In this document: positions 41,857-56,337 of the stretch, one piece after another
Numbering within the stretch: the first letter of the stretch is position 1
Layout of the letters: the number at the start of each line of letters is the position of its first letter
Source: Octopus vulgaris
Lineage: Eukaryota
Direction of reading: 5' to 3'
Assembly (NCBI GenBank): GCA_951406725.2
Contig: OX597817.1
Coordinates: forward strand, 69,812,001-69,876,000
DNA length: 64,000 nt
Position numbers and translations under genes: made by a program
Notes under the pieces: model-generated
Told to the model about the DNA's origin: nothing
The model's database searches: none
The model's input: the letters and a program-made list of their open reading frames with translations, nothing else

Positions 41857-41915
<59 letters not shown>
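41678..41915. repeat. (CTA/CCA)n microsatellite
   Basis: Direct reading of the sequence. Confidence 0.95.
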
Positions 41916-41917
<2 letters not shown>

Positions 41918-42310
41918 GTGCCGCTACCGCTGCCGTTGCTGCTGTCATTGGTTCATAAATCTACGTCAGCAGCATCTGAACGTTACTGTTTATTGAACAT
42001 TTCTGCAAGTCACATCCCTACCAGGAGGTAGTCTTTAAGTGGCTGTATGATGCTAGAAATAGCAGCCAATTCTGTCTCAAATCAAGTAACCCGATCGTCT
42101 AAAAACAAAACTGCGAAAAACAGCAACAAAAAGGACTTGGGAAACGTGTGCGCTCGTGGTGCGAACTATTTGTATATTATAATACGCGGTGTCCACTCCT
42201 TATAGGAAATCGATGAGATGGTCATATATGGGATTTTTCCCTTTTTTTTTTAATTACAGGTGTTTAACTGGTCGATTAGACAGGAAATGAGACTGAAACC
42301 ACAGCCACTA

Positions 42311-42369
<59 letters not shown>

Positions 42370-42413
42370 GAACTGGTAATATTTCTAATATTACCTGTTG
42401 TCAACATTATTCT

Positions 42414-42970
42414 CTGGCAGAAACGTTAGCGCGCCTGGCGAAACGTTTAGCGGTATTTCGTCTGCGTTACGTTGTGAGTTCAAATTCCGCCGAGGTCGAC
42501 TTTGCCTTTCATCCTTTCGGGGTCGATAAATTAAGTACCAGTTACGCACTGGGGTCGATGTAATCGACTTGATACCTATGTCTGTCCTTGTTTGTCCGCT
42601 CTGTGTTTAGCCCCTTGTGGGCAATAAAGAAATAGGTATTTCGTCTGCCGTTACATTCTGAGTTCAAATTTCCGCCGAGGTCGACTTTGCCTTTCATCCT
42701 TTCGGGGTTGATTAAATATGTACCAGTTACGCACTGGGGGTCAATATAATCGACTTAACCCGTTTGTCTGTCCTTGTTTAGCCCCTTGTCGATAGTAAAG
42801 AAATAGGTATTTTGTCTGCCGTTGCGTCTGAGTTCAGATTCCTCCGAGGTCGACTTTGCCTTTCATCCTTACGGGGTCGATAAATTAAATACCAGTTGCG
42901 TACTGGGGTCGACCTAATCGACTGACCCGCTCCTCAAAAATTTCGGGCCTTGTGCCTAGAGTAGAAAAGG
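42414..42970 (+). mobile_element. SINE family A tandem trimer
   Basis: Units are joined at AAATAG|GTATTT (~42636, ~42807); the last unit has an alternative tail GGCCTTGTGCCTAGAGTAGAAA. Confidence 0.85.
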
Positions 42971-43186
42971 TTATTCTATCTGTCTATTTGTCTGTTTGTC
43001 TTGTCTCTCTGTCAGTCTGCCTTTCTGTTTTTTTTTCAGTCTCTTTCTCTCATTCTTCCCTTATTCTCTCTTTCTCCCCCTCTCTCTGGGATACACACAC
43101 ACACACACACACACTATCATACAATCGACACGCTGTTTCACACACACACATAAGCAAACAAACACGCACACATACACACAAGCATG

Positions 43187-43576
43187 ACTACTTCGTTATC
43201 AAAGAAGCTTGAGAGGCGGTTGGATGGAACCTACACTCGCCTCCTTATGAGAGCTCAACATCTCTCGTGGAAGCGCCATCCAACCAAAATGCAAATATAT
43301 GGGAAACTACCGCCTGTGTCATCTCTAGCGAAAGGTAGGAGAGTCCAGTTTGCTGGACGTTGTAGTAGAGCTGAAAAAGAAGTAATTTCTACTCTTCTCC
43401 TCTGGAAGCCATCTACTCGCAACACCAGAGGGCGCACACTCTCCTACCCTGATGTAATCTCCAGGGATACAGGCATCCAGCAACAGGACCTCCGTAATGC
43501 CATGATGGACCGTGAAGTCTGGCGTAGCATGGTAAATTCCATTGTCTCGACCACGATCGAACAATGATGATGATGA
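43187..43576 (+). mobile_element. RTE-type LINE 3' end, open to its stop
   Basis: LERRLDGTYTRLLMRAQHLSW..RRVQFAGRC.R..LLLWKP..RGR..AMMDREVWRSMV, then a (TGA)n tail. Confidence 0.8.
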
Positions 43577-44252
43577 CTACTAACCTTATAAAGAAGTAAA
43601 TACCTACTTACTTCCACACAAACACACTCAAACACGCTCGCACGCACACACACACACACACACATACATACTCATAAGGAAGCAAGAACACATTTACTCC
43701 TTCGCTCGCACGCATTCATGACAACAAACGTAAATCCAGAAACACCTTCACATGAAACAAGCACACACACATATACAAGTAAACACACACACACAAATAC
43801 ACACGCACACATAAACACGCACACAAACACATACGCACCGCATACAAACACACACGCACCGCATACAAACATTTTAACATACAACCCAAAGTACACATAG
43901 GCCCCTACACACACAAACACTATTACATATTTACAAGCAAATACACATATACTCAATAAACAAGCACTTACACACATGCAGACACTCACGCACGCAGACA
44001 TGTATGCACACACATGCACGCACACACACACATAAACACACAGATGCGCACACATATGCACACACAAACAATCACAAGCACACACATACACACACACACA
44101 CACACGCATATGGGCACACACACGAACACACACGAACACACATATGCATACACACACTCACAAACAGAAGCGCACACACACGCACACACATACACGCACA
44201 CATATGGGCTCATATGCACAAACGCACAAATGCAAACACGTGCGCACACACA

Positions 44253-44286
<34 letters not shown>

Positions 44287-44799
44287 CACGCACGCACACA
44301 AACACATACACGCATACGCACACACAGACACACGTGCACACACGGATACACACACACACACAGGTGCATAGATATTGAAAACCCAAACAAAAGCACGTTG
44401 TTTCTTTTAAGCAGGTATAACGTTACGGGCTGTTATCTGAGTATCTTACCTGAGTACGCTACCTGCATACCCGAATCCCGTTTCTATCAACGCTGCTGCT
44501 GCTGCTGCTGCTGCGACCGTGGTGGATGTACGGTGATTATAGTGGTGGTGATGGTATGGGTGGTGGAGGAGGCGTTGGGGCGGTGGTGGTGGTGGTGGTT
44601 GTGGTAGTGGTGGTGGTGGTGGTAGCGGTGGTGGTGGTGGTGGTGGTAATGGTGGTGACGGTGCTAGTAGTGGTGGTGATGGTAGTGGTGGTGGCGGTGC
44701 TGGTAGTGGTGGTGGTGGCGATACTCTTGTTGTAGTTGTTTGTAGTGGTGGTGGTGGCGATACTCTTGTTGTAGTTGTTTGTAGTGGGGGTAGTGTTGT

Positions 44800-45037
44800 A
44801 GGCGGTAATGAGCTAGCAGAATCGTTAGCACGTCGGGCGAAGTGCTTAGCGGTATTTCGGCTGCCGTTACGTTGTGAGTTCAAATTCCGCCGAGGTCGAC
44901 TTTGCCTTTCATACTTTCGGGGTCGATAAATTAAGTACCAGTTACGCACTGGAGTCGATATAATCGACTTAATACCTATGTCTGTCCATGTTTGTCCCCT
45001 CTATTTTTAGCCCCTTGTGGGTAATAAAGAAATAGGT
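44800..45037 (+). mobile_element. SINE family A
   Basis: Homology to 1801-2036. Confidence 0.85.
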
Positions 45038-45038
45038 A

Positions 45039-45240
45039 ATGATGATGTTGCTGATAGTGATGACGACGACGACGACGACGATGATGATGATGACGACGAT
45101 GATGATGATGTTGGTGATGATGATGAGGATGATGATGATGACGACGATGATGATGATGACGACGATGATGATGATGATGATGTTGGTGATGATGATGAGG
45201 ATGATGATGATGATGACGATGACGACGACGACGATGATGG
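45039..45240. repeat. (GAT/GAC)n microsatellite with a duplicated subunit
   Basis: GTTGGTGATGATGATGAGGAT occurs twice. Confidence 0.9.
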
Positions 45241-45764
45241 TGTTGCTTGCGTTGTTGATGTGAGTACTGGTGTTGCTATTCATGTTGATGCTGTTGATGG
45301 TGATGATGTTACTGGTGTTGTTGAGTTCCAAGTTCGAATCCTGCCGAGGTCAACTTTGTCATTTACTTTTGTTAGTGAGGGGGGGGGGTCGAAAGGTCGT
45401 GCCAGGTCCATGACCATCTCGACAATTATTTACAAACTGCATTTCTAGAACTATACTCGTATCAATCCAGCCGTGACTATCCAGTCTTTTTCTCTGTTAT
45501 CTTTTATTTTTTTAATATTTTATCTTCTATTCATTTCAGTTATAAGACTTCGCCAATGCTAGGGGTACCACCTCGAAAGGTTTTTGTCAAACGAATCGAT
45601 CCAGTACTTATTTTAAAAGAATAGTGTATGTTGCTATCGCTCTCTTTTGCTGCACCGCTACGTTATAGGGACGTAAACTAAACAACACCGGTCGTCAAGC
45701 GGTGAGGCGAGGGGCAAGCACAAAGACGCACACACGCACTTGGATACTACACCCACTTAGATAC

Positions 45765-45799
45765 ACATATATACATACATACATACATACATACATAAA

Positions 45800-45833
<34 letters not shown>

Positions 45834-46131
45834 AATACATATATACATACATACATAAATACATACATACATACATAAATACATACATACATACATAAAT
45901 ACATACATACATACATACATACATAAATACATACATACATAAATACATACATACATACATACATACATACATAAATACATACATAAATACATACATACAT
46001 ACATACATACATACATAAATACATACATACATACATACATACATATGTACATGCATAAATACATACATACATAAATACATACATACATACATACATACAT
46101 ACATAAATACATACATACATACATAAATACA

Positions 46132-46162
<31 letters not shown>

Positions 46163-46776
46163 GTACATGCATAAATACATACATACATACATACATAAAT
46201 ACATACATACATACATACATACATATGTACATGCATAAATACATACATAAATACATACATACATACATACATACATACATACATACATAAATACATACAT
46301 ACATACATACATACATACATAAATACATACATACATACATACATAAATACATACATACATACATACATAAATACATACATACATACATACATAAATACAT
46401 ACATACATACATACATACATATGTACATGCATAAATACATACATAAATACATACATACATACATACATACATACGTACATACATAAATACATACATACAT
46501 ACATACATACATACATACATAAATACATACATACATACATGCATAAATACATACATACATACATACATATATAAATACATACATACATAAATACATACAT
46601 AAATACATACATACATACATACATACATAAATACATACATACATACATGCATAAATACATACATACATACATACATATATAAATACATACATACATAAAT
46701 ACATACATAAATACATACATACATACATACATACATACATAACATACATACATACATACATACATACATACATACA

Positions 46777-46807
<31 letters not shown>

Positions 46808-46836
46808 GTACATGCATAAATACATACATACATACA

Positions 46837-46868
<32 letters not shown>
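45765..46868. repeat. 1.1-kb (ATAC)n array with ATAA and ATATGTACATGC variants
   Basis: Direct reading; the variants recur, showing higher-order duplication. Confidence 0.95.
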
Positions 46869-46870
<2 letters not shown>

Positions 46871-46904
46871 CGCACGCACACACACACACGCTCAAATATA
46901 TATT

Positions 46905-47297
46905 CGAGAGTTCCTGGTTTTGAGGGTATCACGAAAGGTTTGGATGGAAGCCTAACTTTCCGAGTTCTTTTACAAGGCTTAAAAAAACTGAAGGCAACAA
47001 GTGCGTGAATCTGATAGGGGAATATGATTGATTGATTGATTGATTGATTCTAGTTTCAGCTCACGAGCTGTGGCCATGCTGGGGCACCGCCATTTGGTGT
47101 TGCTACATGGTTTTACTTCACGAATGCTTTTTAGCAACTGCCATTTGGTGCATGAGAGAGTTCGATGCAGCTGCCCTCATCTGCACCTCCTGCCGTGAAG
47201 TTGGTTCATCTGGGATACCTGTTGAATAAAATCATTATTAACTGATTCTCCTATATTTCCTTTTACCCAAAGCCAGGAACTTTTCAGCACCCGCTCG
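46905..47297. mobile_element. Mariner-type MITE interrupted by a LINE 3' end
   Basis: Reverse complement of 41067-41288, split at GGGGAATAT|GTTGAATAAAATC. Confidence 0.7.
47026..47220 (-). mobile_element. CR1-like LINE extreme 3' end with an (AATC)n tail
   Basis: PDEPTSRQEVQMRAAASNSLMHQM..*, then GGCGGTGCCCCAGCATGGCCACAGCTC..TGAAAC. Confidence 0.7.
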
Positions 47298-47393
47298 AAT
47301 GCACACGCTGGCGTGTGTGCGTGTGTATGAGTGAGAGTGCGTGTATGAGTGAGAGCGCGTGTGAGGTTACAGCGGTTTTCTTTGAGAAAGGTG

Positions 47394-47602
47394 GCACGCC
47401 GGGCGAAATGCTTAGTGGTATTTCGTCTGCCGTTACGTTCTGAGTTCAAATTCCGCCGAGGTCGACTTTGCCTTTCATCCTTTCGGGGTCGATTAAATAA
47501 GTACCAGTTACGCACTGGAGTCGATATAATCGACTTAATCCGTTTGTCTGTCCTTGTTTGTCCCCTTTGTGTTTAGCCCCTTGTGGGTAGTAAAGAAATA
47601 GG
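47394..47602 (+). mobile_element. SINE family A (5' clipped)
   Basis: Homology to 1801-2036; abuts a diverged family B fragment (47603-47745, minus). Confidence 0.85.
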
Positions 47603-48321
47603 TTTTCTTTGAGTTTTCGTCTACCAGATTCACTCGCAAGGACGGCCCGCCCGGTGGTATAGCAGGAGACACTTTCCCAAGGTGCTGCGCAATGGGACTG
47701 AACCCGGAATCGTGGTTAGGAAGAAAGTTCCTTACCACACGACCACATTATCTAATGTGTCTCTCATGGTTGTCATTGTTTTTGCTGTTGTTGTTGTTGT
47801 CATTGGTGGTGGAGGTGATGATGGTGCCGATGATGATGGTATTGCCCTTCGATGTTCTCCCTCTTTAACCTTTGTTTAGCTCTGAGTGAACAGACTAATA
47901 ATATGAAACCTAGTGATCTTCTAAGGCTTGAATACCCTGGGAAGTTACATCAGGGGTTTAGGTGCCCAATAATAATCGATATACACTGTTGTTGTGTATT
48001 TAAGGATCTTAGCTGTTTTGTTTTGCTAAAACGGCCCTATTCACGCCCCTCCTCTCACTTTATTTTTCGCGGCTTATATACATCCGTGTCTACATTATCC
48101 AGAGTCTCTTCTCGTTTTTAAGATGCTAGGGTGTTATTTGAGGGAGATTTGGCTGTTATTTCTAGATTTCTAGCAAGTAGAACGATCACGTAAGATTAAA
48201 GATAGATCTACTCGTATGCGAGTTGAGGGAAATTAGGTTCCTGTTTTTGAATGTGTTTTGAATGAGGTTTGGCTACTGTTTTTACCATTTCGATATGTGC
48301 ATAAAATATTGGTTTTAAATT

Positions 48322-48528
48322 TAGGCACAAGGCCAGTTAGTTAGGAGGGCAGAGGTAAGTCGATTACATCGATCCTCCAGAGCTTAATTGGTACTAATTT
48401 TATCGACCTCGGACGGATGAAAGGCAAAGTTGACCCCGGCGGAATTTGAACTCAGAACATAAAGACGGACGAAATACTGCTAAGCAATTTTTGCCCGGCG
48501 TGCTTAAGATTCTACCTGCTCACCACTT
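48322..48528 (-). mobile_element. SINE family A variant
   Basis: Reverse complement of the head and central domain with the GGCCTTGTGCCTAAA tail. Confidence 0.75.
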
Positions 48529-49914
48529 TATGTGAGCATAATATTGAAAGTAGAAATAGAGTATGTGAACTGAGGTAAGTTTAACCGCTATTTTTATTAT
48601 GTCGATGAGTGTATAACGTTGAAAGTTGAAGATAGAGTGTGTGAATTGAGGGAGGTTTAGCTACTATTTTTAGTCGGATTTTGAAAGAAGAGATTAGGAT
48701 TTGAGGGAGATTTAGCTAGTATTTCTCCCAAGGGGGCGACAATATCGAGTCTCCCTTGCTGGCTCATAAATAACTTTCTGTACGAGATGGGGATTATGAA
48801 GTGTGTAGGAGCCCTCTAAGTTATAAATACCCGAACTATTATAACGGGACCGAATTATCGGTCTTAATAGGGATTGGATTAGGCTCAGCAGGAGCCTTCA
48901 CTGTTTACAGAACAGCCATAAAAAGAACTTCTCAAATCACACCTTGCTGTCTTGACTCCCCACCCTCACCAAAAAAAAAACCCGCGTTAAATTATGTAAC
49001 TTTGGGTTCTCTTCACACTCGAAACAAAAAGAAAACGGGAAGGCCATGGCTGGAATACCTTTAATCATAGGTCTGATCACTAAGCAGCAACAATTATTTA
49101 TAAGGTGAGCTAAAGAGTGTATAGTGGTAACTACAATGATTAGAAATAACAGCTAAATTCCATTAAACCCAGTCGTCTTAAAAACGGAAAGGACATGTCA
49201 GATAATGTCTGCTACATTAAACCCCTACGTGGTCTTCCAACCTGCTGGATATAGTAGCCAAGTCTCCCTCAAGACACACACTATGAGTTAATACTGGGAA
49301 AGATACACATAGATAATGTATGCTTAGATGCCCCATGACCATGATCGTGATTTGGAATGTCTTTGATCATTGGTAGGTGGCTACTCAATTGGAGCTGAAC
49401 GGGGTTAAAACACAATAACATTCGCGACAATCACCATCTGCTACCGATATAGTTATATTGTTGCTGCTGCTACTGCCGTTCGTCTACAGCTGTTAACCAG
49501 TACTGCTGCGACTGATGCTGGTGCTGGTGCTGCTGCTGCTGGTAGTACTTACAATAATAGTAGAGCTGGTGCGAGGTCAGATATAATGTGTGTGTGTGTG
49601 TGTTTGTGTGTGTGAAAGATAGTTCCCGCCAAAAGGGTTTCCTTCTCTCTTTGAAGTGGAATTTACCATTCCGACTGTCTGTTACTTCTTGTCATTCTGT
49701 GGTGAGGTGTACAGTTCTGCCATGCTGTCTGTCAACCAACCCGCCTCTTCTGTCTGTCTGTCAACCAACCCGCCTCTCTGTCTGTCTGTCTGTCTGTCTG
49801 CCTGTTTCGCTCTTTATTTCTCCAAAAGCCTTTATCTCTCTTCTATGGTGGACTGTACCATTCTATCGGTCTCTCTTTCTCTTCCTCTCTCTCTCTTTTT
49901 CTCTCTCTCCATCA

Positions 49915-50033
<119 letters not shown>

Positions 50034-50249
50034 ATTCTATCTATCTTTTCATGTAGAAAGGCTTTTCCCTCTGTGGTGAGGAATAGTATTTTTGGTAATC
50101 TACAATAGTATTTTAAGGGTCTATTTAAAAAAAAACTTTGCTTTAGATGCATTTATTGTAAGGAACAGCTAGCACTATACATAGTACAACCTACACCAGT
50201 GAATGTGTGAAAAAACGAAGTAGGAATCTTGAAATAATTGTCTATAAAA

Positions 50250-50470
50250 CTGAGGGGTAGCGTTTTCTCCCCACTTAAATGCGGATGTTCAGTTAGAACA
50301 AACTATACTGCGGTATTGTTTACATCGCTAACAGCGAGATAAATCCCCGCCACCTTCAGCGCCGAGACCACCAGATCACGGGATGTCGACTTTCCTTGGT
50401 TTTGTCAATGATAGACACTCGTTCTAACAGAACATTTACATTTAAGTGGGGATAAATACACCTCTCGGCA
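50250..50470. mobile_element. MITE-like element with ~50-bp imperfect inverted ends
   Basis: CCCCACTTAAATGCGGATGTTCAGTTAGAAC versus GTTCTAACAGAACATTTACATTTAAGTGGGG. Confidence 0.6.
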
Positions 50471-50502
50471 CTAATACTCTCTCTGCTGCAAATATACATA
50501 TA

Positions 50503-51334
50503 TCTATTATATAAAATCCATTCTGTCTGTCTGTGTGTGTGTCTTCTAGGATCTCGGGCATCCTCCATCCGATTGCGCTCAAATTTGATATGTAGATACC
50601 GACGGTATCAGGGCGTGTATAAGTCTTGAAAAAATTAAGAAAATCGATTTCAGGTGAGAATGCGATCGATAAGCCGTGGGGACGCGCTTTTGTGCGCGCA
50701 AGTACATCAACTGTTTTGATCGATACTACGCGTACGCGAGAAAAATGCACGTGCAGTTTGCGCAAAAAAAGCCGGCTGGCTTGAAATAATGCCACAAAAT
50801 GCAATATATTTAAGAGACCAAAAAGTAAGATGCAAAAGAGATATTTTCTTCAAACTTGGCATGAAGGAAGGAAAGACTATTTGGTTTCTCAAGAAGTTTT
50901 TTTTTTTATTTAACTTCGTTTAACAAAACCAAAAATTTTATTGAAATAAAGGCATGCTTAATTATTTTTTAATTAAAAGAAAACACTGATTGCTTTTTAT
51001 TCAAGGAAGAAAATACTATTTTCTTGCTAATCAATGATTTTTGTTGCCTTACAGATTTAAACAAAAAAAAAAGTGTGTTTTGTAGTGAAAGAAAACCATA
51101 ATTGCATTCAATCAACATTGTTTGAGCTTTATTTCAAGGTGAATGTAGTTAAAATACTTCAATTTTAGAAACAAAAGACTATTTGCTTGCTTCTTAATCG
51201 TGCAATAAATTTAGTTTAAATCAGTGTTTCTCAAAGGGGAGGCCTATGGGACGGTCGGACAAGTTGTTTTGAGAAAATTTGGTTAAATATTTGACAACTC
51301 AGCACCGTCCATTGGACGCGGGGTGTTTTGGTCG
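50503..51334 (+). mobile_element. Non-autonomous Helitron-like element
   Basis: A|TCTATTATATAAAA 5' end, (CTGT)n, subterminal hairpin CGTCCATTGGACG, end GTCG|T; no TSD. Confidence 0.7.
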
Positions 51335-51489
51335 TATATATATATATAATAAAAAAAAATCAACAAAACAACGAGACCTCGATATTAGATAAATACAGGA
51401 TTGTTTATACATGTTATGATTTAGAACAAACAGTAAAAGGTTGTCATTATAGTACTCGGGGTTTCGAATGTCGGAGCAAAGAGCTACGA

Positions 51490-51525
<36 letters not shown>

Positions 51526-51526
<1 letters not shown>

Positions 51527-52392
51527 GTAGTCTGATTAATAAGTATCTGGAGTATTGCCATAGTAACGATGCTAAAGCACGCAGAGTGAAGCCGCTTGGC
51601 ACAGATTGGCCTTGAATTCTGGTGTGTATGCGCAATAAGTTTTAACGTTCTAACTCACTTCTGCTGTTTACAGTAGTGCTTGGAAGAGAAGTGTGTATCG
51701 TGTGATCGTCGCATTGACCATGACAATGAAAGTTGAGCAGAGAATCTGCATTGAATCTTGCCATAAGTTTGGCGATGCCTGCTCAGAGGCCTACGCAAAG
51801 TTTTTAAAAAGGTTTTCATCGTCCTCGACACAATCAAGAAGATCTTCCGCAACTGAAACCCGAGTGTCCTTTTGGTCAGCTGAAAGCAGTTTTAGCACAA
51901 ACTTGGCAGAAACATGTCTCACACCCAAATCGTCAGTGATAATTGATTGAACTGAACAGTAACTAATCTGTACATTCCTCTGATAACTCACGGATGGTGA
52001 TTCGACGATTTCCCCTCACAGCTGCACGCACATCTGTAATGTTTTTCTCAATTCTGCTGTTTGGGGGTCTCCCAAAGCGTTCATCTTGGAAACGCCCGAA
52101 ACACTCGTACACTTGTGTGCGACTCATACACTCCTCTCCATACACTTTCTTTAACTTTACGTAGGCCTCTGAGTAGATATCGTCATGACAACTTCCTCTG
52201 TCATGGTCAATGCGACAATCACACATTATGCACCTTCCTTCCATGCACTGCTGTAAACAGCAGAAGTGGCAAGAACATTAAAACTTTGTGAGTGTGCACA
52301 GCAAAGTGCAAGGCCAATCTTTGCCAAGCGGCTCTGCATGCTTTAGCTTCGTAACTATGGCAACAGTCCAGATACTTATTAATTAGACCTCG
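51526..52392 (-). mobile_element. Non-autonomous mariner, same family and architecture as 11115-11961
   Basis: TA flanks, long inverted ends, KKVYGEECMSRTQVYE..F..GRP and VRHVSAKFVLKLLSADQK. Confidence 0.85.
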
Positions 52393-53121
52393 TATGTGTG
52401 TTTGTTTATATATACATGTATATCAACAAAAATAATAAGGATTATTACGAAGTTACATAGCATTACCTTTAATTCTTTTTATATATACAGCTTTATATAG
52501 ACCTACACATTTCAACAGCACCGATTAGTAACCGTTGCAATTGCAACCCTACTATAATACCGGTGCAGTTTCTTCAGAGTCTTTACTTAATATCCTTCTT
52601 TTTAACTGTTTAAAGTTTTTCGTTTATCTACTCTGCATTGTATGATGTAGAGTTGTCCGTTAAGTTAGATGCGAGCAATCTCCATTTCAAGTTTTAATTG
52701 GATAATCAGAGTCCATTATTTCAAAACATTCCACTGTTTAAATGTTTGTTATTCATTTATACTGGGCAAATGGGAATTTCCTCATGTGCAAGCATCTCAA
52801 AGCTTGTTCCTGTCTAAAATTTATTACATTACCCTTGGATTAAAAATCTGGTAAAATTCTTCTAAACATATATCACATTTTTTAGACGCATGAAATAAGA
52901 GTTGGTACAGATCTCTCCTAAAGGGGTATTAGTGAAATATATTTGCCAGAAATATATACGAACTAGTTTTTAAACATCGTATGATTAAAGGGTCCACCGG
53001 AATGAAATAGTATTCAAAGGGATCGTTGCTGTGCATAAAAATTGTTCGTTGCAGTGCATAAAAATTACCTTCTGTAAACAGTCTTCTGTGTGCTGAGGTG
53101 TACCATATGTATATAACTATG

Positions 53122-53243
<122 letters not shown>

Positions 53244-53702
53244 GTGTTTGTTCCATCTCCACCGCTTGGCATCTGATGTTGGTTGGTTATATTCTAATAA
53301 GTCTGCGGTTCGGCTACTTACAAATAAGTACTGTATCGAATTGTTCGACTATACTATTCAAGGCGGTGCCCCTGCATGATGGCAGTCCAATAACTGAAAA
53401 AACATACAAGATAAAATATAAAAGAAAAAAATGTATTCTCGAGTTCGTTCATATCACTTCCGATTTATCACGCTAACAATTGGATGCTAACTTGTGTCAA
53501 GCAAGAATTAACAACCGGATGCTTTCCTAAGGGAATTTTATTATCTTATGTCATAAATTAATTAATCATTTATTTTTTCATTTGTTTTTATTTTTTTCAT
53601 TCATCTCTCTTATTTTGTATTCCACGTATCTTCGAAAGTACTGGTTCACGGGCGATGGCAAGCCAAGCTGTAGGTTGTCAATATTCACGGACATTCGCGC
53701 AA

Positions 53703-53803
53703 ACATACATGCATACATCCATATGCATGCATGCATACATACATACATACATACATACATACATACATACATACATACATACATACATACATACACACAT
53801 ACA

Positions 53804-53835
<32 letters not shown>

Positions 53836-54177
53836 CACATACATACATACATACATACATACATACATACATACATACATACATACATAATACATACATA
53901 CATACATACATACATACATAATACATACATACATACATAATACATACATACATACATACATAATACATACATACATACATACATACATACATACATACAT
54001 ACATACATACATACATACATACATACATACATACATACACATATACATACATACATACATACATACATACATACATACATACATACATACACATATACAT
54101 ACATACATACATACATACATACATACATACATACATACATACATACATACATACATACATACATACATACATACATA
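53703..54177. repeat. (ATAC)n microsatellite
   Basis: Direct reading of the sequence. Confidence 0.95.
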
Positions 54178-54339
54178 ATGAACTTGAGGTGATGTGTGAT
54201 GTAAGACAACATACTTAGGATAAGTAATTAACTTGAGATGAGACATGAAATAAGAGCTGGTACAGATCTCTCCACATGGGGCGTTATTAAAATATATTTA
54301 TCAGAAAAAAAAGCAAACAATAAGACTTAACCAGTCCAC

Positions 54340-55400
54340 TGAGAAGATAGTACATGGGTCCTTGGCATATATAACACAAACGATAGAAGGGACTGATCAT
54401 ATCAAATGCTTGGCATGGAATACCGACAAGTTTATGACATACCTCTTCGGAGGCTACATCCATGCAATCCAAGAACAAGAGATCCCCACAAAGTTTCTAT
54501 AGCATAAAATGTAGAAAACGTTGGCAGACGCCAAATGTAGGCTATGCAGGACCATTATTGCCTACTGCGAGAGAATGTCTTTCAGTTATTATCTTCCATG
54601 TGTCATGATGCATTGACCAAGAACAATCTGGGATAGGATAAAGGAGCACTCCGTCGCTTACGACGACGAGGGTTCCAGTTGATCCGATCAAGGGAGCAGC
54701 TTGCTCGTGAAATTAACGTGCAAGTGGCTGAGCAATCCACAAGCACGTGTCCCCTTAACATAGTTCTCAGGGAGATTCAGCGTGACACAGAGTGTGACAA
54801 GGCTGGTTCCTTTCAATTACAGGTACTACTCATTTTTGCCAGCTGAGTGGATTGGAGTAACGTGAAATAAAGTGTCTTGCTCAAGGACACAACGCATCGC
54901 CGGGAATTGAACTCATGACCTTACGATCTTGAGCCGAATGCCCTAACTACTAAACCACACGCCTTCACTTGGAATAGGGTAACAAGAAAGAAAACACTTA
55001 TAGACGAAGTCGGCTATATTGAAACCTATTGATCAAAAGAATATTAGTGAGCTTAAAAAGTAAAACAGCCACCACGTTAAAATACAACAGACCATATATT
55101 ATGTGCGATGACTGAAGGAAAGGATATGTTCTGTTGGGGTAATCAACTGCCCTCTGGACAGTAATGCGGTTAGAAAAATACAAGAGAAAGAAGACATCTA
55201 TGGACAATTGATAAGGAGTTTGCAAAGCCAGTACCCAAGATACATTTTCAGCTTCATGCATGTTATCATTGAGGTAACAGGAAACATCCAACCCGTCTGG
55301 GGCAAAATATGGCTGAACTTGGGATCTTGGGAAGAGAATGATCATGGTATCTGGGATTATGGTTAAAACAGGATATTTTCCTTCACAACCTTACTACAAA
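54340..55400 (+). mobile_element. Decayed R4/Dong-clade fragment interrupted by a SINE
   Basis: GYIHAIQEQEIPTK..KCRLCR, then CPLD..KIQEKEDIYGQL..LQSQYP.Y.F (RLE). Confidence 0.65.
54644..54968 (-). mobile_element. SINE family C-related
   Basis: Head as at 3326; tail (..CGACGGAGTGCTCC) as at 56338-56720. Confidence 0.8.
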
Positions 55401-55477
55401 GCAGGTGACCGACCAAAATTTATTCTAAATTAAAAAGAGAAAGAGAACATACATACATACATACATACATACACATA

Positions 55478-55529
<52 letters not shown>

Positions 55530-55534
<5 letters not shown>

Positions 55535-55860
55535 AGAGCTTACGGAAAAAACCAAAGACAAAGGCAGGTGGTCTACAAAACAAACAGATGTATTAGTATA
55601 ACGCTCAGGAACAGAAAAAGTCTTTTCGTTTCGAGCCTACACTCTTCTACAGAAAGGGACACAGAAAAAAACAAGGAGAGAAATAAGGAGAGAAAAAAAT
55701 GTGTGTAGTGGCTAACGATCTATCATGGCGACTAGTGCCGGACAGAAGGGTCAAACACAGGAAGGAAAGTAGGGGAGATAACAAGGTAAAGATGACCCCC
55801 CCCAACACAAAGATGCGTGTGTGTATAAGAGAGTATGTATGTGCGTGTGAAAGAGGGCTG
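55530..55860 (-). mobile_element. HHR-like element (CTGTNGA core family) ending in (TA)n
   Basis: CTTT-CTGTAGA-A-GAGT GTAG GCTC-GAAA-CG-AAAAGA at 55621-55656 (cleavage-site U lost). Confidence 0.65.
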
Positions 55861-56057
55861 GTGGTCTGGACGTGTGCGTGTATGTATGTGTAGGTGTGAA
55901 GATGTGGGGATGGGTGTGTGGGTGGTGTGTTGTGATGTTATGTGTAATGTTGTATGGTGTAGTGTGGTGTGGTGTGATGTTGTTGGGAGGTGGGGAGGCA
56001 TATATATTTATGTATGTATGTATGTATGTATGTATGTATGTATGTATGTATGCATGC

Positions 56058-56099
<42 letters not shown>

Positions 56100-56337
56100 G
56101 TTTAGGTATTTGTTTTGTAATATTCTTGATGTAAAATCGTGTTGAAACAGATATTGTTATATTTTGGAGGTGGTCATTATTGTTTTGCCAAATAAATATA
56201 CACATTATATATTCATTCTGCAGCTTTATCATTGTTCTTATTTTTGTGTCCTTTGTCTTAAATCTTTCGTCATTTATTTTGTGACCTTTTCAACGACTCT
56301 CCTTCTCACGTGTTTCCTTCTGCTCTATTTTTAGACC

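Noticed and set aside
45017-45448. Acidic poly-Asp protein
   Set aside because: A (GAT/GAC)n microsatellite whose frame starts inside a SINE tail.
45695-46932. Long ORFs (MYVC/YI/HT/CV repeats) here and throughout the track
   Set aside because: They are stop-free translations of microsatellites, not genes.
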